Shown: piece by piece, positions 23,408-31,676 of the stretch | Layout of the letters: each line of letters opens with the position of its first letter | Position numbering within the stretch: the stretch's first letter is position 1 | IMG/VR virus record: IMGVR_UViG_3300030381_000063 | Span: 1 to 39,566 of that record | Reading direction: 5' to 3' (one strand) | Origin: a virus | Length of the DNA: 39,566 nucleotides | Made by a program: the position numbers and the translations under genes | Notes under the pieces: generated by a model | The model's input: only the letters and a program-made list of their open reading frames with translations | Told to the model about the DNA's origin: nothing | Databases searched by the model: none

Positions 23408-24895
23408 ATGCTTTCCATTGAGGAAATCAAAAGTTTTATAGACCGGGACGCATCCAGCGACAAGAAAAAGCTTGCGCGTATCGGCTTGCGTTACTACGAA
23501 GGAAATCACGACATAAAGGATTATAAACTCTTCTTTATTGACGCAGACGGCAAACTGAAAGAGGACAAAACAAAATCCAACATAAAAATCAGTCATCCGT
23601 TCTTCCGGCTGCTGGTGGATCAGCAAGCACAGTATATGCTTTCCGGTCACGGCGGCTTTGTGAAGTCCGATGATCCGAAACTTCAGACCGAGCTTGACGC
23701 CTATTTCAACGAAAATGAATCCTTCGTTGCAGAGCTGTCAGCGTTGATTACCGGCGCTGTTTCTGCTGGCTTTGCATATATGTATGCATACAAAAACGAA
23801 AGCGACAGGACGGCGTTTCAGTACGCTGACGGAATCGGCGTTGTGGAAGTCAGCGAGAAAGAAGCGGAAGATAAATGCGCCTATGTGATCTATTGGTACA
23901 TTGACCGCATTTGCAAGGATAACAAGAAGATCAAGCGTATTCAGGTTTGGGATAATGAAAAAACATATTATTTCAAGCAGGAAGACGAAGGAAAGATCGA
24001 GCCTGACAACTGCTTCACACAGAAAGAAAGCGGTAATCCAGTTAACGAGCGTAAGCATATCATTTACGAAAATGATGACGACAACGACGGGACGGATGAT
24101 AAAGGATATGGCGTCATTCCCTTCTTCCGGCTGGACAACGGAAAGAAACAGATTTCCGGCTTAAAAACCATCAAAGCCCTGATTGATGATTACGACCTTA
24201 TGAACGCCGGTCTTTCCAACAATATTCAGGACACGAACGAAGCCCTGTATGTGGTGAAGGGCTTCCAAAGTGACAATCTGGATGAGCTTATGACGAACAT
24301 CAGGGTAAAAAAGCACATCGGCGTTGAAGGCGGCGAAGGAAGCGGCGTGGACATCAAGACCGTTGACATCCCCGTGGAAGCCCGGAAAACGAAGATGGAA
24401 GTTGACGAAAAGAACATCTTCCGTTTCGGTCAGGGCGTGAACACGGAAGCTCTGAAGGACACCAGCGCCACCACGTCCATTGCAATCAAGAGCGCCTATG
24501 CAAACCTCGATCTGAAGTGTGACGGCTTGCAGCCGTTCCTTCTTCAGTTCATGCGGAAGCTGCTGAAGCTGGTGCTGAAGGAAATCAACGACACGCAGAA
24601 CACGGATTACGAACAGAAGGACGTTTACTTTGACTTCGAGCGCGAGATTATCACCAATGCGCAGGAAAACGCGCAAATTGATCTCACCAAAGCGCAGGAG
24701 CAGCAGACGAAGATCACGACGATCCTGAACACGTCCGCGCAGCTTGGGCAGGAATTGACCATGCAGCTTATCTGCGAAGCGCTTGAATTGGACTATGACG
24801 ATGTAAAGGACAAGCTGCCCGCGCCGGAAGATGATCCGACAGCGGCAGCCAAGACCGCGCTGAATGGCATTGTGCCGGAAGGTGATGAAGTGTGA
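23408..24895 (+). CDS. Portal protein (SPP1 gp6-like)
   Basis: 495 aa. LARIGLRYYEGNHDI...ISHPFFRLLVDQQAQYML is a typical portal N-terminal block. It is positioned after terL. Confidence 0.9.
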   Translation: MLSIEEIKSFIDRDASSDKKKLARIGLRYYEGNHDIKDYKLFFIDADGKLKEDKTKSNIKISHPFFRLLVDQQAQYMLSGHGGFVKSDDPKLQTELDAYFNENESFVAELSALITGAVSAGFAYMYAYKNESDRTAFQYADGIGVVEVSEKEAEDKCAYVIYWYIDRICKDNKKIKRIQVWDNEKTYYFKQEDEGKIEPDNCFTQKESGNPVNERKHIIYENDDDNDGTDDKGYGVIPFFRLDNGKKQISGLKTIKALIDDYDLMNAGLSNNIQDTNEALYVVKGFQSDNLDELMTNIRVKKHIGVEGGEGSGVDIKTVDIPVEARKTKMEVDEKNIFRFGQGVNTEALKDTSATTSIAIKSAYANLDLKCDGLQPFLLQFMRKLLKLVLKEINDTQNTDYEQKDVYFDFEREIITNAQENAQIDLTKAQEQQTKITTILNTSAQLGQELTMQLICEALELDYDDVKDKLPAPEDDPTAAAKTALNGIVPEGDEV

Positions 24896-26454
24896 ACCGA
24901 TGGGAAAAGGAAGTCCAGCAGTCCCTTCTTGATTCGGAAGAATCGGCTCTGAAGGAGCTTGAAGCGCAGTACGCACGAGCGCTGAAAGACATCAATGAAA
25001 AGGTCAAGGGCTTTCAGGCTGACATTGACCTGCTGGATGAAGCGTTGTCGCAGGACGGCTTGGATGACGCTGCAAGGGCGCTGCTGCAATCGCAGAAGCG
25101 GTCAAAGGTTTATCAGCAGCAGTACCAGAAAGCCCTTCAGGGGCAGGTCAGCGGCATTCTGGACAAACTCCACGGTGACAATTACGCGACCATTGACAAA
25201 TACCTGAAAGGATGCTATGAGGACGGCTACATTGGTACGATGTACGACATTTCCCGGCAGGGCGTCCCGGTCATCGCGCCGATAGATCAGGCCGCAGCAG
25301 TCAAGGCTATTCTGACAGATTCCAAGGTCAGCAATGGCCTTTATAATGCGCTCGGCGTGGACGTTGCCAAGCTGAAAAAGACCATCACGCAGGAGATCAG
25401 CCGGGGAATTGCTTCTTCCCTTCCCTATCGTGACATTGCCCGGAACATCGGCAACGTGTCCGGCGCTCCATTGTCCAGAGCCAAGACCATAGCCCGGACA
25501 GAAGGCCACAGAATACAGCAAATGTCAACAGTGGACGCACAGCAAGCCGCCAAAGCCAAGGGCGCGGACGTTGTGAAGCAATGGGATGCTGCGCTTGACG
25601 GGCGCACAAGAGATTCACACCGGCGCGTTGACGGCGAGATCAGAGAGCTTGATGAAAAGTTTTCCAACGGGCTTATGTTTCCCGGCGATCCCAACGGCAG
25701 CGCCGCCGAAGTGGTAAACTGCCGCTGCACGTCCAACACACGGGCGCGGTGGGCGCTCGGCGAAGAAGAGCTGCAAACGCTCAAAGATCGTGCTGAATAC
25801 TTCGGGCTTGACAAAACGAAAAATTTTGAAGAATACAAGCAGAAATATCTTACGGCGGCTGAAGAAAGCGAAAAACAGTTTGGCGTCAGATATGGCGATA
25901 ATGCGATTGACGTTGACTTTGGTTATATAAATTCTAAGAGCTTTGAAAATAAGTTCTCTCGGATTACAAACAATCCAAAGGCCAACAATGCCGTTTATGA
26001 TATATCTAAGACCATGCTGAAGCATTGTGACGGCACCGAACATGAAGATATGTATTTATTGAGCATGGACGGGGATGTTATTTCTAAGGTCACCGACAGC
26101 GTTTCAAGGTTTGGCATCAATTATTCTGATGAATTCAAAAAGGCATTGGCAGACGTAGCACGGAACAACACGCCGGTCATTGCTGTTCACAACCATCCAC
26201 ACGGTACACCGCCAAGCATAGATGATTTCAGAAAAGCCTTTGAAAACAAATATGCAATAGGAATTGTTGTCGGACATAATGGTCAAGTGTATTCTTACAT
26301 CAACAGGGATTCTGAAATATCCGCAAAGTTGGCCGATCAGATAGCAGATGATATAGAATTCCTTTATAGAATGGGCTGGGATATTGACAGAGCTTCGCAA
26401 GTGGTATATGATGAGCATGGATTGAAGTATACTATTTTGGAAGGGGTTGATTAA
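24892..26454 (+). CDS. Head morphogenesis protein (MuF/SPP1 gp7-like) fused to a C-terminal RadC/JAB-like domain
   Basis: The MuF core is RTEGHRIQ...DGRTRDSHRRVDGE...VNCRCT. The C-terminal roughly 230 aa carry AVHNHPHGTPPSIDD (26188-26226) with an upstream EHED. The C-terminal DNA is about 38% GC against about 57% in the core (hand counts). Confidence 0.85.
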   Translation: MNRWEKEVQQSLLDSEESALKELEAQYARALKDINEKVKGFQADIDLLDEALSQDGLDDAARALLQSQKRSKVYQQQYQKALQGQVSGILDKLHGDNYATIDKYLKGCYEDGYIGTMYDISRQGVPVIAPIDQAAAVKAILTDSKVSNGLYNALGVDVAKLKKTITQEISRGIASSLPYRDIARNIGNVSGAPLSRAKTIARTEGHRIQQMSTVDAQQAAKAKGADVVKQWDAALDGRTRDSHRRVDGEIRELDEKFSNGLMFPGDPNGSAAEVVNCRCTSNTRARWALGEEELQTLKDRAEYFGLDKTKNFEEYKQKYLTAAEESEKQFGVRYGDNAIDVDFGYINSKSFENKFSRITNNPKANNAVYDISKTMLKHCDGTEHEDMYLLSMDGDVISKVTDSVSRFGINYSDEFKKALADVARNNTPVIAVHNHPHGTPPSIDDFRKAFENKYAIGIVVGHNGQVYSYINRDSEISAKLADQIADDIEFLYRMGWDIDRASQVVYDEHGLKYTILEGVD

Positions 26455-26592
26455 ATGTCCACTATGCGCGATAAACGTGTTGACGGTGAATATGACCGCC
26501 CTTTGCCTGAAAGAATTACCGAGCCTACGAAGGAAGAAAAAGAAAGGCTTGAAAGACTGCTTGAAAAATATCCACGCCTAAAAGAAAAATAA
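26455..26592 (+). CDS. Highly charged small ORF, 45 aa
   Basis: The ATG comes immediately after the MuF-JAB stop (TAAATG). The protein is MSTMRDKRVDGEYDRPLPERITEPTKEEKERLERLLEKYPRLKEK. A terminator follows. Confidence 0.45.
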   Translation: MSTMRDKRVDGEYDRPLPERITEPTKEEKERLERLLEKYPRLKEK

Positions 26593-26594
26593 AA

Positions 26595-26622
26595 GCACCA
26601 TGCATCCGCACGGTGCTTTTTC
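26595..26622 (+). terminator. Rho-independent terminator
   Basis: gcaccatgc (26595-26603), loop atcc, gcacggtgc (26608-26616), then ttttt. Confidence 0.8.
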
Positions 26623-26647
26623 TATGCCATTTAGTTTTAAGATAGTC

Positions 26648-26693
26648 GCAAGTTGGTTGCAAGTTGATACCAACTTGCAAGTTACAGGCAAGT
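26648..26693. repeat. GCAAGT(T) repeat cluster with a perfect 10-bp inverted repeat
   Basis: gcaagtt occurs at 26648, 26659 and 26677, and gcaagt at 26688 (spacings 11, 18 and 11). The inverted repeat is gcaagttggt (26648-57) with accaacttgc (26669-78). There is a palindrome acttgcaagt. ttgatacca (26664-72) is complementary to tggtatcaa (26706-14). Confidence 0.85.
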
Positions 26694-26712
26694 AAAAAAT
26701 CATAGTGGTATC

Positions 26713-26742
26713 AAGGGTTTGCGGAATCGCAAGCCCTTTTTT
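26713..26742 (+). terminator. Rho-independent terminator / attenuator hairpin just upstream of the holin
   Basis: agggtttgcg (26714-23), loop gaat, cgcaagccct (26728-37) with one G-U pair, then tttttt. The holin RBS lies about 25 nt downstream. Confidence 0.75.
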
Positions 26743-26778
26743 CATACCAAAAATAAAATTAAGAAAGGTGGAAAAACA

Positions 26779-27006
26779 ATGAAAAGATGTTGGAAGAACT
26801 GGATCAAGGCTGCGGGCATCCGTGCGCTGAAGACCGTGGCGCAGACTGCGGTTGCTACCATTGGAACGACTGCGGTTATGTCGGAAGTGGACTGGATTAT
26901 GGTTGGAAGCGCTTCCCTGCTGGCCGGTGTGCTGTCCCTGCTGACTTCCCTTGCCGGTATTCCGGAAGAGTGTCCGGAAGAGGACGAAGGGACTGACGCC
27001 GAATGA
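26779..27006 (+). CDS. Holin (r1t-holin-like)
   Basis: RBS AAGAAAGGTGG. IRALKTVAQTAVATIGT...VDWIMVGSASLLAGVLSLLTSLAG has two hydrophobic segments and an acidic tail. It overlaps the endolysin start. Confidence 0.8.
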   Translation: MKRCWKNWIKAAGIRALKTVAQTAVATIGTTAVMSEVDWIMVGSASLLAGVLSLLTSLAGIPEECPEEDEGTDAE

Positions 27007-27908
27007 GCGTTATTGAAAAGGCGATATCCCAGATGGAATCGTGGGCGGACGATCCCGCCCACGGTTACGACCAGCGTTACAGATGGGGCGAATACGGAGA
27101 TTTTGACTGTTCTGCCGCTGTAATTCAGGCGTGGGAAAACGCCGGTGTGCCGGTCAAGAGCAACGGCGCAACATATACCGGCAACATGCTTGCGGTTTTC
27201 AAGCGCTGCGGCTTTGAGGATATCACAAGCAAAATCAACCTTTCCACCGGCAGCGGCCTTGTCCGCGGTGATGTGCTTTTGAACGTAACACACCATACCG
27301 CTATGTATTGCGGCAACGGCTATGAAGTCGAAGCGTCCGGCAACGAAAAAGGCGGCATCACAGGCGGTAAACCGGGAGATCAGACCGGGGGCGAGTTCCT
27401 GAAACGCCGTTATCGGAATTTCCCGTGGACAAACATTTTGCGCTATACCGGCGCAGGGAACACCGCTTCTTCGGCTATCAAGGAAAACGGCAGCACGGGC
27501 AAGACCTACACCGTCAAGGCCGGGGATTCCCTTTGGAGCATCGCGGCAAATCAGCTCGGAGACGGGACGCGCTGGAAAGAAATAAAAACGCTGAACGGAC
27601 TGGCTTCCGAGCTTATCCACGCAGGGCAGACGCTGAAGCTTCCCGGCACTTCCGGAGAAGCCGCAGAAGCGCCCACAAGCGGCGCAGCGGAAACCTGCAC
27701 CGTTACCCTTCCCCTGCTGAAAAGAGGGCACACGGGGCTTTCTGTAAAGGCTCTGCAAACGCTTCTGGTCTTGCGCGGAATGTCCGTGGACGTTGACGGC
27801 AGCTTCGGCGAGAAAACCGAAAGCGCTGTAAGGTCGTTCCAGACGGCAGCGAAGATTCTTTCTGACGGCGAGGTCGGAAAAGATACTTGGAAAGCCCTGA
27901 TCGGCTGA
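27003..27908 (+). CDS. Endolysin: Cys-peptidase (NlpC/P60- or CHAP-like) + LysM + PG_binding_1
   Basis: Catalytic motifs are FDCSAAV...HHTAMY...GDQTGGE. The LysM domain is YTVKAGDSLWSIAANQLGDGTRWKEIKTLNGL...GQTLKLP. The PG-binding domain is LKRGHTGLSVKALQTLL...VDGSFGEKTESAVRSFQ. Confidence 0.88.
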   Translation: MSVIEKAISQMESWADDPAHGYDQRYRWGEYGDFDCSAAVIQAWENAGVPVKSNGATYTGNMLAVFKRCGFEDITSKINLSTGSGLVRGDVLLNVTHHTAMYCGNGYEVEASGNEKGGITGGKPGDQTGGEFLKRRYRNFPWTNILRYTGAGNTASSAIKENGSTGKTYTVKAGDSLWSIAANQLGDGTRWKEIKTLNGLASELIHAGQTLKLPGTSGEAAEAPTSGAAETCTVTLPLLKRGHTGLSVKALQTLLVLRGMSVDVDGSFGEKTESAVRSFQTAAKILSDGEVGKDTWKALIG

Positions 27909-27926
27909 CCGAAAAAACAGATTAAA

Positions 27927-27961
27927 GCAGTTGTTCGGAAATCCCGAATAGCTGCTTTTTT
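27927..27961 (+). terminator. Rho-independent terminator after the lysis cassette
   Basis: gcagttgttcgg (27927-38), loop aaatc, ccgaatagctgc (27944-55) with two G-U pairs, then tttttt. Confidence 0.75.
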
Positions 27962-28079
27962 CATAGTCCTGAACGAGACGTTTAAACCGTTCAAGATCGT
28001 CCTTGCGCCGGACGCTTAAACAGGCGCTTGTCTGCGGTGACACCGCGATTAAAAACAACGACAAAGGAAGGTATACACA

Positions 28080-28700
28080 ATGGAATTTCTGAAAGAGATT
28101 TTGGGCGAAGAGCTTTTCAAGCAGTTTGAAACGGCGGTCAACGCCTACAACGGCAGCGAAGCAAACAAGGACAAGCAGGTTAAGCTTGCCAATCTTGGCG
28201 GCGGTGAGTATGTCGGCAAGGGCAAGTATGACGCCCTTCAGGCACAGCTTGACGGCAAGGCCGCCGAGCTTGACACGGCTAACGGCCTGATTGCCGAGCT
28301 GAAGAAAGGCACGAAAGGCAATGAAGAGCTTCAGGGTAAGATCACCGGCTATGAAACGCAGGTGCAGCAGCTTCAGGCAGAGCTTGAAAAGACGAAGCTT
28401 GAAAACGCGATCCAGCTTGCTCTTCGTGACGCAAAGGCGGTCGATCCTGACTATCTGGCGTTCAAGCTGCGTGAGAAGTACAGCGCCGATGAGCTGAAGC
28501 TTGATGAGACCGGCAAAGTCAAAGGCATGGATGACAAGTTGGCCGGTCTGAAAACGCAGTTCCCGAATCAGTTTGAAAGTGCCGGGCAGAAGAAAGTCAA
28601 GGAAAACAAGCTGCTGGAAGGCGACCACGGCGGCGGTGAAGCCGAGCCGAAATCCCTTGAAGACGCGCTGAAACTGGCCTATGAGCCGAAAAATGAATAA
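28080..28700 (+). CDS. Scaffolding protein (GP20-like)
   Basis: MEFLKEILGEELFKQFETAV.. is a helical, charged 206-aa protein directly upstream of the capsid gene. Confidence 0.85.
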   Translation: MEFLKEILGEELFKQFETAVNAYNGSEANKDKQVKLANLGGGEYVGKGKYDALQAQLDGKAAELDTANGLIAELKKGTKGNEELQGKITGYETQVQQLQAELEKTKLENAIQLALRDAKAVDPDYLAFKLREKYSADELKLDETGKVKGMDDKLAGLKTQFPNQFESAGQKKVKENKLLEGDHGGGEAEPKSLEDALKLAYEPKNE

Positions 28701-28722
28701 TTAAGAAATGAGGTAAATTACT

Positions 28723-29727
28723 ATGGCTATGACCCTTGCTGAAATGAAGGTCGGTATGTCCGACAAGGTTTCCCAGCAGATTGTTGATATCTTTCTGCGT
28801 GAATCCGAAATTCTTCAGATGCTTCCGTTTGACAACTGCGTTTCCCCGCAGGGCGGCAGCACTCTGACGTATAGCTACATCCAGAAGAAGCTTCCGGCTG
28901 TGGCTGCTTTTCGTGCGCTGAATGCGGAGTACACCGCGAATCAGGCGACCGTTGAGAAGAAGACGGCTGACCTGAAAATCTTCGGCGGCAAGTTCCAGAT
29001 TGACCGTGTGCTGAAGGCTGCGGAAGGCCCGTACAACAACATGGCCTATCAGATTCGCGAGAAGGTGCTTGCTGCGATCAGCCTGTTCCATTACACGCTT
29101 GTCAACGGCAACGCTACCACGGCGACCACCGAGTTTGACGGCCTTGACAAGATGCTTACCGGCACTACGTCTGAGTTCAACACCGGCACCGGTTCTGCTA
29201 TCGACATCAGCACCATGACCGCCCTGAAGAGCAATGCGGATCAGCTCTATGAGCAGATTCAGCTTCTCATCAAGAACACCAATGCTGACGCCCTGCTGAT
29301 GAACAGCTCCATGATTGCCAAGGTGCAGACGATGGCGCGTATTCTCGGCTACAAGACCGAATCCGAAGAAGCTTTTGGCCGTAAGGTCACGTCTATGGAC
29401 GGTGTGCGCTTCATGGACTTGGGCAAGCACTACACGGTTTCCGACACCACCGTCACCGGCAACGACTGTGTGAAGGCAGGTATCAGCCGCAACATTGGTG
29501 CTTCCAATGCCGCCGTCACCGGCCTGACGGACATCTATGCCGTCAAGTTTGACGTCATGGACGGCTTCCACGCTGCATCCCTGACCGGCAACAGCGCCAT
29601 TCGTCAGTATCTCCCCGACTTCAACGCGCCCGGCGCTGTGAAGGACGGCGAAGTTGAAATGGTCGCTGCGACTGTGCTGAAGAACACCGCCCACGCTGGC
29701 GTTCTCCGCAACATCAAGATTGCGTAA
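28723..29727 (+). CDS. Major capsid protein
   Basis: 334 aa, positioned after the scaffold, with strong expression signals (RBS GAGGTAAA). The sequence type is typical of siphophage coat proteins. Confidence 0.88.
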   Translation: MAMTLAEMKVGMSDKVSQQIVDIFLRESEILQMLPFDNCVSPQGGSTLTYSYIQKKLPAVAAFRALNAEYTANQATVEKKTADLKIFGGKFQIDRVLKAAEGPYNNMAYQIREKVLAAISLFHYTLVNGNATTATTEFDGLDKMLTGTTSEFNTGTGSAIDISTMTALKSNADQLYEQIQLLIKNTNADALLMNSSMIAKVQTMARILGYKTESEEAFGRKVTSMDGVRFMDLGKHYTVSDTTVTGNDCVKAGISRNIGASNAAVTGLTDIYAVKFDVMDGFHAASLTGNSAIRQYLPDFNAPGAVKDGEVEMVAATVLKNTAHAGVLRNIKIA

Positions 29728-29750
29728 GCAAAGAAAGGATGAATAACAAA

Positions 29751-29969
29751 ATGGCAGCAAAGAAAACGAAAAAAGTCACCGGCTACGAAATCAAGGTGGT
29801 TACCAATCCCGGCTTCTGCGGCATCGACGCTGGCGGCGTCCAGTTTTCCTACGGCAAGGCGCAGATTACGGAAGGCCGCATGGTCGAGTGGTTTCGTGAG
29901 CATGAAGGCTATGAAGTGACCGAAATCACGGTCGAGGAAGACGAAGCGCCCAATGCCCCGGAAGCGTAA
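29751..29969 (+). CDS. Hypothetical head-associated protein, 72 aa
   Basis: Lies between the capsid and connector genes. ATG 29751 is preferred because ATG 29739 has no spacing to the RBS. Confidence 0.6.
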   Translation: MAAKKTKKVTGYEIKVVTNPGFCGIDAGGVQFSYGKAQITEGRMVEWFREHEGYEVTEITVEEDEAPNAPEA

Positions 29970-29981
29970 GGCGGTGCGCTT

Positions 29982-30533
29982 ATGTTAATGACCGTTGCCG
30001 AACTGCGGCAGTTTGTGACAACGGATGAAACGGATCAGGCGCTGGAAGCACGTCTTTCAGCGCTTGAGCTGCTTATCCGGGCATATACGAACAACAATTT
30101 TCAGGTTCGGGCTTTCCGGGCGGTTGCTGTGGCCGCTTCTTCCGGTCATCAGCTTGTGACTGCGGCAAACAATCCCTTCAAAGCCGGAGACACGTTGCAG
30201 ATTACGGAATCCGAGTTGAACGCCGGGCTTGTCAACGTCAGAACATCTTCGGGCGGCATTATTACGGTCAAGGAAGAACTGTTTGACGAAAGCGGCGTTG
30301 TCATCACAAAGGTTGTCTATCCGATGGACATCAAGCTTGGCGTTGCTAATATGGTCAAATGGCAGCTCGACAACGGCGACAAGGTAGGCGTCCAGTCAGA
30401 GACGATCAGCCGCCATTCTGTGACGTATTTCAACATGGACGGGGATAATTCCACCATGGGCTTTCCTAAATCCCTGCTGGGCTTCCTGAAGCCTTATATG
30501 AAGGCTCGCTTTGGACAGGGGTTGAGAGTATGA
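29982..30533 (+). CDS. Head-tail connector protein (gp6-like)
   Basis: TVAELRQFVTTDETDQALEARLSALELLIRAYTNNNF is the Phage_connect_1-type N-terminus. Confidence 0.8.
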   Translation: MLMTVAELRQFVTTDETDQALEARLSALELLIRAYTNNNFQVRAFRAVAVAASSGHQLVTAANNPFKAGDTLQITESELNAGLVNVRTSSGGIITVKEELFDESGVVITKVVYPMDIKLGVANMVKWQLDNGDKVGVQSETISRHSVTYFNMDGDNSTMGFPKSLLGFLKPYMKARFGQGLRV

Positions 30534-30874
30534 AAGGCATAGGCGGCAATATCACAGCGGTCATTCAGATCGCCACAACCGCACAGAACGCCATTGGCGA
30601 GCAGGTCAAGACATGGGCAGACGCCCAAACGCTCAAAGGCTGGCTTGACCTGTCTGCCGGTGACAGCAAATATACGACCTACAATGCCAAGCTTCAGGAA
30701 TCAACGCACGTTTTCATTGCTGACTATGTGGCGCTCGCGTCCGGCATCGCTGCGGAAAATTCCCGGATGGTTATCAACAGCAAAGTCTATGACGTGCTTC
30801 TGATTGATAATCCTATGGAGATGGGCAGCGGATCGCAGCTTGAAATTTATCTGAAGTTCACCGGGGGACAGTGA
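30530..30874 (+). CDS. Head closure / head-tail adaptor protein
   Basis: 114 aa. Size, position and the pattern (GEQVKTWADAQTLKGWLDL..., VYDVLLIDNP) fit the SPP1 gp16-like family. Confidence 0.75.
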   Translation: MKGIGGNITAVIQIATTAQNAIGEQVKTWADAQTLKGWLDLSAGDSKYTTYNAKLQESTHVFIADYVALASGIAAENSRMVINSKVYDVLLIDNPMEMGSGSQLEIYLKFTGGQ

Positions 30875-30875
30875 A

Positions 30876-31286
30876 ATGTCTGTGCAATTTCAGGATTTCA
30901 GCATTCAGGTAAATGAAGCAGTTGATGAAAAAACCGTTCAGTTCCTTGAAGAAGCCGCTTCAGAAATCGAATCAGCCGCAAGGCGAAATTCCCGTGTCGC
31001 CAGCGGACAGTTGAAAGGCTCATGGAATCATCAAGTGAATGAATCGGCGAAAGAAGCCAAAGTCGGAAGTCCGCTGGAAAATGCCATATGGGAAGAGTTC
31101 GGCACGGGCGAATATGCCGCCCACGGGGACGGCAGAAAGGGCGGCTGGTCGTATCAGGACGATTCCGGGAATTGGCATCACACCAAAGGCAAAACGCCGA
31201 ACCGGACGCTTCAGAGGGCGTTTGAAGGAACGAAAGCCGCGATCATCCGCAGAGCGAAGGAAATCTTTAAGGAGCTGGGCACATGA
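30876..31286 (+). CDS. HK97 gp10-like neck/tail-completion protein
   Basis: VGSPLENAIWEEFGTGEYA is the HK97 gp10 family hallmark. Confidence 0.8.
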   Translation: MSVQFQDFSIQVNEAVDEKTVQFLEEAASEIESAARRNSRVASGQLKGSWNHQVNESAKEAKVGSPLENAIWEEFGTGEYAAHGDGRKGGWSYQDDSGNWHHTKGKTPNRTLQRAFEGTKAAIIRRAKEIFKELGT

Positions 31287-31675
31287 CAACGAAACCGCTT
31301 GAAATCGTTTCTTCGGCCATGAAATCCCTTGGCATTGCCTACGGCTTCGGCTCTTACGCCGGGAACGCTGCCGGAAAGATCGTCTATCCTTATTTCGTGG
31401 GTGAGTACATCGAAAGCCCGCCGATGAATGAGGACGGACAGCAGACGGCAACGATCATGCTGACAGGCTTTCACCGGGGATCGTGGCTTGAGCTTGAAAC
31501 GGCAAAAGCAAAAATTGAATCCTATTTTAACAAGGTGAGCGGAAAAACGGTCATGGCTGACGATGGTTCAGCCGTGGTCATTTTTTATGATTCAGCCTTG
31601 ATTATCCCGAAAGAGGACGCCGAGCTGAAGAGCGTCCAGATCAATCTATCCGTGCAGGAATGGAGTGTGAAATAA
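31283..31675 (+). CDS. Tail terminator / tail completion protein
   Basis: 130 aa, immediately upstream of the major tail protein. The call rests on gene order. Confidence 0.65.
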   Translation: MTTKPLEIVSSAMKSLGIAYGFGSYAGNAAGKIVYPYFVGEYIESPPMNEDGQQTATIMLTGFHRGSWLELETAKAKIESYFNKVSGKTVMADDGSAVVIFYDSALIIPKEDAELKSVQINLSVQEWSVK

Positions 31676-31676
31676 T

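Noticed and set aside
26742-28628. A 628-aa minus-strand ORF covering the holin, endolysin, an intergenic terminator and half of the scaffold gene
   Set aside because: Its codons align antisense to the frame-0 endolysin and scaffold codons, which avoid TTA/CTA/TCA. That produces a stop-free shadow frame. The translation is Leu/Arg/Phe/Cys-rich junk with no motifs. The plus-strand genes have clear family signatures, RBSs and terminators.
28597-29760. A 387-aa minus-strand ORF opposite the major capsid gene
   Set aside because: It is a shadow ORF of a highly biased, well-supported capsid CDS, with no RBS or recognisable domain.
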